This document shows, piece by piece, positions 25,657-32,000 of a stretch of DNA of 32,000 nt. The notes under the pieces were generated by a model. That model did not search any database. It had not been told where the DNA came from and saw only the letters and a program-made list of their open reading frames with translations. The stretch is from Ruminococcus albus AD2013. GTDB lineage: Bacteria; Bacillota; Clostridia; Oscillospirales; Ruminococcaceae. The position numbers were made by a program, and so were the translations under genes. Each line of letters starts with the position of its first letter. The first letter of the stretch is position 1. The stretch is taken from positions 1,089,685 through 1,121,684 of the forward strand of contig NZ_JAGS01000001.1 of the NCBI RefSeq assembly GCF_000526775.1, in the 5' to 3' direction.

Positions 25657-26442
25657 ATGAGCAGTATTAACAACAAAAGCAAAAGCTTCATGCTTTACAA
25701 GGAATGGGAAGAGATATTCCTCGCACTGGAAAGCGATGCCGAGAGAGGCGAGCTTATCCGTGAGATATTCGCCTTTACAAGAACAGGTGAAGAGCCCGAT
25801 CTGAAAGGCGCAATGAAGATCGCTTTCATGGTAATGTCAAATCAGCTTCGCCGTGATGCCGAGCGTTATAAAAAGGTATGCGACAGAAATCAGAAGAACA
25901 TCGCAAAACGCTGGGACAGCGAAGATGATACCAAAAAATACGAAAGTATACCAGAGGATACCAAAAATACCGATAAAGAAAAAGATGAAGAGAAAGATAA
26001 AGATACAGATAAAGAAAAGGGTGAAGACATACAGCATTCTGCAATGCAGAAGCAGTATCTTCCCGACCTCTCCCCCGCCCCCGAAAAACAGAAGTACGGA
26101 GAATTTGAAAATGTATCTTTATCCCGTGAAGAATACGAACGTCTTGCAGACAGGTTCGGCAGAGATATGACCGACAGATGTATCGAAAGCATGGACGCTT
26201 ACATCGAACAATCGGGCAAAGAATACCGAAGCTGTTATGCAAAGCTGAAAAACTGGATATCGGAAGAATCCGTAAAAACGGGAAATACTCCATCTTCAAA
26301 AGCTTCATCGGCTGAAAACGGCAAATTGACCGAGCAGGAACTCGCTGATTATGAATCCTATGCGAGAGCCCATTCAATGGAAGATTTTGCAAGGGAACTC
26401 AAAGAAAGATCAACAATTCTTTTCGGTGCCGAACAGCAGTGA
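25657..26442 (+). CDS. DUF6291 / phage replisome-organizer-like protein (orphan)
   Basis: The N-terminus FMLYKEWEEIFLALESDAERGELIREIFAF and the central YGEFENVSLSREEYERLADRFG...YAKLKNWI resemble Firmicute phage/plasmid replication-organizer proteins (from my recollection of the family). There is a strong RBS, TAAGGAGG. Confidence 0.7.
   Translation: MSSINNKSKSFMLYKEWEEIFLALESDAERGELIREIFAFTRTGEEPDLKGAMKIAFMVMSNQLRRDAERYKKVCDRNQKNIAKRWDSEDDTKKYESIPEDTKNTDKEKDEEKDKDTDKEKGEDIQHSAMQKQYLPDLSPAPEKQKYGEFENVSLSREEYERLADRFGRDMTDRCIESMDAYIEQSGKEYRSCYAKLKNWISEESVKTGNTPSSKASSAENGKLTEQELADYESYARAHSMEDFARELKERSTILFGAEQQ
25924..25975 (+). repeat. 10-nt phased ATAC(C/G)+A-tract array inside the DUF6291 gene
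   Basis: ATACC/G pentamers start at 25928, 25938, 25948, 25958 and 25967. There is a 27 of 28 nt match to 902-929. Confidence 0.8.
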
Positions 26443-26697
26443 AATATGCAAAAATGATAAAAATTTCACTAACGATACTATTATAACATTACGAAAAATA
26501 TTCGTCAAGATAGCAAACAAAATATGTACAAATTTCGACATTATGCACAAAACAAAAGTTAAGCGTAAAACAGGTTTTTTATAAATGAACTGTTGCAATA
26601 AAAACGCCTGTTTACGCAATTTGAGCTCATCAGCGCAAGGGTTGGAAATAACTGTAAGAATACCTTTGCAATGAATATTTTTCAGAATATTAAACGT

Positions 26698-26742
26698 AAA
26701 TATAAACACGCCGTCTTTCGTTCATACAAGCGAAAGACGGCG
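26698..26742 (-). terminator. intrinsic terminator of the FtsX-type ABC operon
   Basis: A perfect 12-bp stem (cgccgtctttcg/cgaaagacggcg, 26709-26742) is followed on the minus strand by TGTTTATATTT. Confidence 0.75.
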
Positions 26743-26758
26743 GTAAAAGAAAGTAAAT

Positions 26759-29476
26759 CTATTCTCTGTTTTTAAGCACCTCGGCGGGGGTTATCCGTTT
26801 CAGCTTACCTGTCAGCAAAGCAGTGCTGATAAAGTATACCGCAAGCACTGCGGCGTACAGTATCAGGTAAAGATATGGCGGAAAATCCAGCACCATTGAG
26901 CAGGCAACATTCGGTATAAAACTCGGATAGATGCAGTCCATCAGGAATTTCGCCAGCGGTATGCATATCAGCCCGCCGACGGATACGATGAAAAGATTGC
27001 CGTTCAAGTACAGTCTGCGCACCTCTTTCGGGCGGTAGCCGAATATCTTCATAAGGGAGATACCAAAGGAACTGCGGTCTATCATCACGCCCATCATCAG
27101 GTACATCACTACGACAAATATCACCGTTCCCGCGATCAGCAGAGTGTATACCAGCGGCTTCATCTGCTCTGTGAATACGCCCGAACTCTTTTCGATATCA
27201 GCCGCGGTGGTGAAGCTGTATAGTCTGCCCGCATCGATATCAAGTTCATCTGCCGAATATACAGCGTTGAAGTAGTCTTCGTCCTCGCCGAAAAGTTCAC
27301 GCATGGAGCCTATATCCATAAAGATCGTGAACCCCGGGGAATACTGCGCGATATCCGTCACGGTGAAAGTGTAGTCACGGTCAGCCGCCGCATCGGTGAA
27401 AGTCACCCTGTCGCCGATATCATAGCCGAAACGCTGAACAAGGGAGTTGTTGATAACTGCCTTATTCACGCCCTTTTCAGGGTCAGCATCGAAGTACCTG
27501 CTATTCTCGTTCAGACCGATCACCGTCACATCAAGGGTATGACCCGTGGAGTCAATGGAAAGTGTCTTGATGAAAGCGCTCTCTCCGCCTGCGGGGACTT
27601 CCTTTTCGGGATACTTATAGAGATACATATAGCCGTACTGTGTATCGGCTACGTTGTCATGCTTTACTGCCTGACACATCACCACGCAGTCAAGACCCAG
27701 CATCACCACCATCAGGGAGACCAGCATACCGAGGATAACCGTCAACGCCGAACGCAGTTCACGCACCATCTGCCTTACACGGAACAGGGTCATAAAGTTT
27801 TTCGACCTGATATTGAATCTGCGGTAGTTTGAAGCGCTCTGTTCGTTTTTGATGAGGGAAAGCGCAGTCCTCGAAAGTTTGCTGTTTATCACAAGTGCGT
27901 TGACGATCGCCGAGATGATCGGTGGCAGTACAAGCCCGTACACAAGCAGATAGGGCGCATAGCAGATATCGTACCGGGGCAGTGAGAAATAGCCATAGCT
28001 TGTCTGTAACCGCATACCGATGCCGATAGGTGAAAATCCAAGTGCTGTGCCGATAACTCCGCCGATGAATGCTATCAAAGTCGGAAGAGCTATGTAATGC
28101 CGCAGAAGGTCTTTTTTCTTAACACCCAGAGCGTACAGCGCACCGATGACAGGGGCTTCGCTCTCAACGCGGTGTACCACGAAAACAGATATCACGTAGC
28201 CGAAAAGGATAAGGACGATAACTCCCGCCGCAAGACCCGCGTTCTTGTCCATTATCACATCGTCTGCCGCGGCTTCTATGCGCTCGTTATCGCCGCGTGA
28301 AACGAAGGAAACAAGGTTCCCGATCTCGATATCGAAAGCCGCATCAAGCAGTTCGTCAATTCCATCACGCAGTTCACCCGCACCGCTGTTCAGTTCGGCT
28401 GAACCATCTTTTGCTTTGCGGACAGCGTCGGTGAACTCCGCAAGACCGTCACGGTAAGCGATTATACCCGAAATGCTGTCTTTCAGGTTTTTCAGTTCTT
28501 CTGACTTTGATATCTTTATCAGCCCGTCAAGTTCTTCGGCGTAGTTTTCTTCCGTCAGTGTGACTTTCATTCCTGCCGCTGACAGCTTTTCATTTGCCTG
28601 CGCAAAATAGGCATCAACAAGCTGCTGTGAAGCAGTTTTAAGTTCAGCGCTGTGAGAATCCAGTTCGGTCATGCCGTCACTGAGTTCGGCAGTACCATCA
28701 GTCAGGGAGTTGACTCCGTCCTCTATCCTGCGTCGGTCGGAGAGGATATCATCGATAGTTTCACGGAAATATTTATCCTCGACTTTCATATGATCAAGCT
28801 TGACAGCGCGTATCTTCTCTTTCAGGTCATCATCGGTGACATCAGCCCCCAGCTTGTAGGCGTAGACATACTCCTCTGCGGGAAGACCACCCTCGGCGCG
28901 GATATCCTCATAGCAATCATCCGTGACAAAAATAAGCCCGAAATACCGCGATTGCACAGCGGTATCGGAAAACTTTGCTTTCGGCTGATCGTAATCGGGC
29001 ACAGTACCTATACCCGTGACCGTGAATCCGTGTCCGCCCGCTGTTATGCTGTCCCCGATCTTCACGCTGTTTTCTGCGGCATAGCGCTTTTCGAGAACGC
29101 ACTCCCCTGCTTTTTCGGCAAGGCTGCCCTCATCGAGAATGATCTTATCGATATTTTCGCGGTTTTTGAACATTCTGAGCACGGTGTCCTCATCAACTGA
29201 AAGGTCGGTGTAGAACTCCGCCTGTATCGAGGTACCGCCCTCGGCAAGGGTATCGAACTCACTGTCCGAAAGGGGCAGAAACACTGTGAAGAAGCCGTCC
29301 TCGGTGTTGAATTCAGCCCGCTTTTCGACTGTGCCGTGCAGAACTGTTTCAGCAGAACCGACGATGCCGAGGACGAGAAAAATACCCATGGCGATGACCA
29401 GTATCAGGGCGGTATAACGCCCTATCCCTGCCATGAGATCGCGGGGCAGACGCTTTTTAAGCACTCTGTTCATCAC
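26759..29476 (-). CDS. large ABC transporter permease with two FtsX domains and a coiled-coil ectodomain
   Basis: 905 aa with two FtsX-type TM bundles. YhgE/Pip-like repeats (DGTAELSDGMTELDSH..., DGSAELNSGAGELRDGIDEL) lie in the first extracytoplasmic region. Its ATGA start overlaps the stop of the upstream ATPase gene. Confidence 0.85.
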   Translation of the reverse strand: MMNRVLKKRLPRDLMAGIGRYTALILVIAMGIFLVLGIVGSAETVLHGTVEKRAEFNTEDGFFTVFLPLSDSEFDTLAEGGTSIQAEFYTDLSVDEDTVLRMFKNRENIDKIILDEGSLAEKAGECVLEKRYAAENSVKIGDSITAGGHGFTVTGIGTVPDYDQPKAKFSDTAVQSRYFGLIFVTDDCYEDIRAEGGLPAEEYVYAYKLGADVTDDDLKEKIRAVKLDHMKVEDKYFRETIDDILSDRRRIEDGVNSLTDGTAELSDGMTELDSHSAELKTASQQLVDAYFAQANEKLSAAGMKVTLTEENYAEELDGLIKISKSEELKNLKDSISGIIAYRDGLAEFTDAVRKAKDGSAELNSGAGELRDGIDELLDAAFDIEIGNLVSFVSRGDNERIEAAADDVIMDKNAGLAAGVIVLILFGYVISVFVVHRVESEAPVIGALYALGVKKKDLLRHYIALPTLIAFIGGVIGTALGFSPIGIGMRLQTSYGYFSLPRYDICYAPYLLVYGLVLPPIISAIVNALVINSKLSRTALSLIKNEQSASNYRRFNIRSKNFMTLFRVRQMVRELRSALTVILGMLVSLMVVMLGLDCVVMCQAVKHDNVADTQYGYMYLYKYPEKEVPAGGESAFIKTLSIDSTGHTLDVTVIGLNENSRYFDADPEKGVNKAVINNSLVQRFGYDIGDRVTFTDAAADRDYTFTVTDIAQYSPGFTIFMDIGSMRELFGEDEDYFNAVYSADELDIDAGRLYSFTTAADIEKSSGVFTEQMKPLVYTLLIAGTVIFVVVMYLMMGVMIDRSSFGISLMKIFGYRPKEVRRLYLNGNLFIVSVGGLICIPLAKFLMDCIYPSFIPNVACSMVLDFPPYLYLILYAAVLAVYFISTALLTGKLKRITPAEVLKNRE

Positions 29477-30174
29477 AAGTCCTCCAGTTCGGCGGCGGGA
29501 ACTATCTTTTCATTTTCGTAGTCCTTTATGATCTGACCGTCCTTTATAACGATGACCTTATGCACCATATTTTTTATGGAGTTATTGTGTGTGACTATCA
29601 GCATTGTAGTGCCGTACTTTTTGTTTATCTTCTCCAGAAGTATCAGGATATCGCGGGAGGTCTTTGAATCAAGAGCGCCTGTAGGTTCGTCGCAAAGGAG
29701 AAGTTTCGGGTTTTTGATAAGGGCGCGGGCTATTGCGCACCTCTGCTGCTGACCGCCCGAAAGCTGTGCGGGGAACTTGTTCTGATGTTCTGTCAGACCC
29801 AGAACTTCCAGCAGTTCCTCCATATCAAGGGGAGAATCCGTAAGATATCCGCAGACCTGTATATTCTCTCTTACGGTGAGGTTAGGCACAAGATTATAGA
29901 ACTGGAAAATAAATCCCAGATAGTCGCGGCGGTAGTCCGAAAGTTCAGCAGGGCGCAGACCGAATATCTCCTTGCCGTCGACCCTGACCGACCCCGAATC
30001 CATAGTATCCAGCCCGCCGATGCAGTTTAACAGCGTGGATTTACCCGAGCCGCTGGTACCCTGAATAACGCACATCTGCCCCTTTTCCACCCGTGTGCTT
30101 ACACCTTTCAGCACCTGGATATAGCTTGTGTCCTTGCCGTAGCTTTTTTTAACGTCTTGTATCTCTAAAAACAT
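29473..30174 (-). CDS. ABC transporter ATP-binding protein
   Basis: Walker A GTSGSGKST, signature LSGGQQQR and Walker B LLCDEPTGALD. Confidence 0.93.
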   Translation of the reverse strand: MFLEIQDVKKSYGKDTSYIQVLKGVSTRVEKGQMCVIQGTSGSGKSTLLNCIGGLDTMDSGSVRVDGKEIFGLRPAELSDYRRDYLGFIFQFYNLVPNLTVRENIQVCGYLTDSPLDMEELLEVLGLTEHQNKFPAQLSGGQQQRCAIARALIKNPKLLLCDEPTGALDSKTSRDILILLEKINKKYGTTMLIVTHNNSIKNMVHKVIVIKDGQIIKDYENEKIVPAAELEDL

Positions 30175-30247
30175 ATTTGTTTCCCCTTTCTAAAGTTAGA
30201 ATAAGCTAACTAAATTATATGATATAATGCGTGATAACCGCAGAATA

Positions 30248-30883
30248 TCACGTCACACATCGTCTTCCAATGAATACTCCATCCACGCTTTTATCAGCAG
30301 ATCCATAACGGGCTTTATGAAATGCATAGCGCTGTCTCTGTTTTTTTTCGTGCTGCATCATATGTATGAAAGCGTTTATCTGCACATGGGTCAGCCAGTG
30401 AAGCATTTTTCTGTTGACCCGCTTGTTCGGTACGCAGGCGGCGTACTTTTCCGCAAGGGCAATATATGAGCTGTCCAGCTTATCGATAATGCTGTCAACG
30501 AATCTTTCGTACTTTGACCCTGCCGAACGGTCGAGAAGTATCGTCATCTCATCGTAGTGGTCATAGATGACATTTACGAGTTCTTCGCTGAAATCATCGT
30601 GGTCACCGCTGTGATGCTCATATGTCAGCAGGTCGGCTTCTATATCTTGGGCGAAGTGGTTTTCAAGTACTGCATTCAGCCGAGCCAGTGCTTCACCCAC
30701 CACGCCCTCAAACAATCCGTTTTTGTCTCCGAAAAAGAAGTATACAGCACCAGTAGTCAGCCCCGCCTCCGAGGATATTTTTCTGAGAGAAGCCTTCGTA
30801 AAGCCCTTTTCAAGGAACTCTCTTTTTGCGCACTCTACAAGCTTTTCGCGGCTCTCTTTATTATCTGTGATCTTTTCCGACAT
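30248..30883 (-). CDS. TetR/AcrR-family transcriptional regulator
   Basis: N-terminal HTH: FLEKGFTKASLRKISSEAGLTTGAVYFFFGDKNGLF. Confidence 0.9.
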   Translation of the reverse strand: MSEKITDNKESREKLVECAKREFLEKGFTKASLRKISSEAGLTTGAVYFFFGDKNGLFEGVVGEALARLNAVLENHFAQDIEADLLTYEHHSGDHDDFSEELVNVIYDHYDEMTILLDRSAGSKYERFVDSIIDKLDSSYIALAEKYAACVPNKRVNRKMLHWLTHVQINAFIHMMQHEKKQRQRYAFHKARYGSADKSVDGVFIGRRCVT

Positions 30884-30900
30884 AGTGTGTCCTCCTTTTG

Positions 30901-30953
30901 ATAACAGTGTTACGTAACACTGTTATTTTAACTCATATTTGTTAGTTTGTCAA
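30901..30953 (-). promoter_or_regulatory. promoter with a perfect 26-bp palindromic operator (probable TetR site)
   Basis: ATAACAGTGTTACGTAACACTGTTAT (30901-30926) is a perfect palindrome. The minus-strand promoter TTGACA (30948-53)-17 nt-TAAAAT (30925-30) places the operator over the transcription start. Confidence 0.65.
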
Positions 30954-31056
30954 GTGGGTTCGGGGAGATTTGGTTATTTTGACTAAAGTTGTTTCGGCGG
31001 TATGTGGCGTACGGAGTGGGGCAGGTCGATGGTTTTGTTTTGTGGCATCGGTTTGC

Positions 31057-31374
31057 GAGTCATCGGATTCGCTTCGCTGTCCGATGACAGGCGCGGCAAT
31101 ATTTACGGATAAAGTTTGAGCGTGGACGTTTGTTTGTCCACGCTCTGTATGCCTATATTGCCGCGCCCTATTTAGGCGGAAGATTGTTTCGCTTTTAAAG
31201 CTTACTGTGTATTTTAGTTTTGCGCCTTGATACGAGGGCTCTGCCCCTCAACAGTCAGCTTTGCTGACTGTTGCTCCATGCAAACTTTTCGCGAAAAGCT
31301 TGACCAAAAGCTCTTCTCCTTGGCTTTCTATCCTAAGTACAGCTATGTTATCTTCCTGTCAACAATTATGAATC
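31057..31374 (-). repeat. structured intergenic repeat element, copy C
   Basis: Hairpins: H1 31059-31088, H2 31091-31166 with inner hairpin 31118-31145 (identical to copy A), H3 31234-31249, an extra perfect 11-bp hairpin at 31249-31273, and H4 31281-31302. It ends in AATTATGAATC at 31364-31374. Confidence 0.85.
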
Positions 31375-31412
31375 AAAAAAGTCCCGAAACGCTTATATTT
31401 CGGGACTTTTTC
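31375..31412. terminator. bidirectional intrinsic terminator downstream of the FN3-repeat gene
   Basis: A 10-bp stem (agtcccgaaa/tttcgggact) is flanked by A6 and T5 runs, about 15 nt after the stop at 31427. Confidence 0.8.
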
Positions 31413-31426
31413 GTATATGCTTATTT

Positions 31427-32000
31427 TTACTTCACAGTTATTGTGACTGCGTTCTTGATAGCGTTTGCAGTATCCCATGTGCCGCCTACTCTTGCAGCGA
31501 TAGCTACTTTATAGGTCATGCCGGGTGTAAGGTTCTTGGGTGTTACATAGCTGTTGGTGGTGACGTTCGAGGTCTGAACTCTCCACTTGCCTGCAAGGTA
31601 TACCGCAATGCCGTACTTGTCAGCGCCGGTTACCTTATCCCATACGAACTGTACCTGATGGAACTGCTCGCTGTAATTTACCTTGATGTTGGTAGGGTAT
31701 GTTATTTCAGTTGAAGCAGCCTTGGGTGATGCGGTCACTGCGTTGGAATAATCGCTGTTCCACTTGCCGTTTGCGTATACCAGTACAGCAAACTTATAGT
31801 TCTTGTCTGCTGTCAGGTTCTTGACGGTATAAGAAGTGCTGCTTGTCTCGGCGATCTTCACCCACTTGTTGTTCTGTTCGCCGTATACAGCGTACTTCGA
31901 TGCGCCCGAAACCTTGTTCCAGCTGAGCTTAACGCTGTTTTCCAGAGATTCGGTACTGATCTTGGGAGCCTTGACATCTCCGCTTGAAGTGTTGCCTGCG
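31427..32000 (-). CDS. surface protein fragment with tandem fibronectin type III-like repeats (N-terminus outside window)
   Basis: The minus-strand frame stays open to the window edge. The track's M at 31861 is an internal GTG. Repeating ~90-aa modules are present (SWNKVSGASKYAVY.., VWDKVTGADKYGIAVY.., KNLT..K.Y.F). Confidence 0.7.
   Translation of the reverse strand, partial: AGNTSSGDVKAPKISTESLENSVKLSWNKVSGASKYAVYGEQNNKWVKIAETSSTSYTVKNLTADKNYKFAVLVYANGKWNSDYSNAVTASPKAASTEITYPTNIKVNYSEQFHQVQFVWDKVTGADKYGIAVYLAGKWRVQTSNVTTNSYVTPKNLTPGMTYKVAIAARVGGTWDTANAIKNAVTITVK

Noticed and set aside
26585-26674. Small Cys-containing ORF (MNCCNKNACLRNLSSSAQGLEITVRIPLQ) as a bacteriocin precursor next to the ABC exporters
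   Set aside because: It has no Shine-Dalgarno sequence and lies in AT-rich DNA where short ORFs arise by chance. It has no leader-peptide features and no modification genes nearby.
25411-26758. Prophage or integrative element call around the DUF6291 gene
   Set aside because: There is only one phage-like gene. The window has no integrase, att-like direct repeats, tRNA target, or structural or lysis genes.

Overview
This is a chromosomal window from a moderate-GC Firmicute. From gene content it looks like Clostridia, possibly Ruminococcus-like, but that is only a guess. Most of it is housekeeping. It holds the 3' half of a trp operon (trpD', trpC, an AroQ/PchB-type chorismate-mutase-like gene, trpB, trpA), an rnhA-nifS-mnmA operon, and gltX and a MetRS-like gene separated by three small acidic ORFs. 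Next come an SdpR/SdpI-like pair, a ZIP metal transporter, a membrane-anchored GH3 NagZ-like enzyme and bioY with a BirA-type operator. An mgtE operon follows that also carries an unknown 164-aa protein and a degenerate, tail-anchored Ser/Thr-kinase-like protein. The rest comprises a flavoprotein oxidoreductase, a HlyD/MacB-type exporter, an orphan DUF6291/replisome-organizer-like gene, a TetR-controlled FtsX-type ABC exporter and the 3' end of an FN3-repeat surface protein.

No rRNA, tRNA, CRISPR array, transposase or recognisable defence genes were seen.

The most unusual content is non-coding:
- A family of about 320-540 nt multi-hairpin intergenic elements has three full copies (19241-19776, 21631-21972, 31057-31374) and one stub (8167-8215). 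All lie in the same orientation relative to the gene whose stop codon they follow. The copies differ by compensatory base changes in several stems. Plus-strand A.C mismatches would be G.U pairs on the minus strand, which argues for a structured RNA made from the minus strand.
- The gene-proximal end of each copy is a (TTCATAA)n heptamer tract that abuts or overlaps the stop codon.
- The distal end is associated with a 10-nt-phased ATAC(C/G)+A-tract array. Solo copies of this array sit inside the trp operon and inside the DUF6291 gene, matching at 27 of 28 nt.
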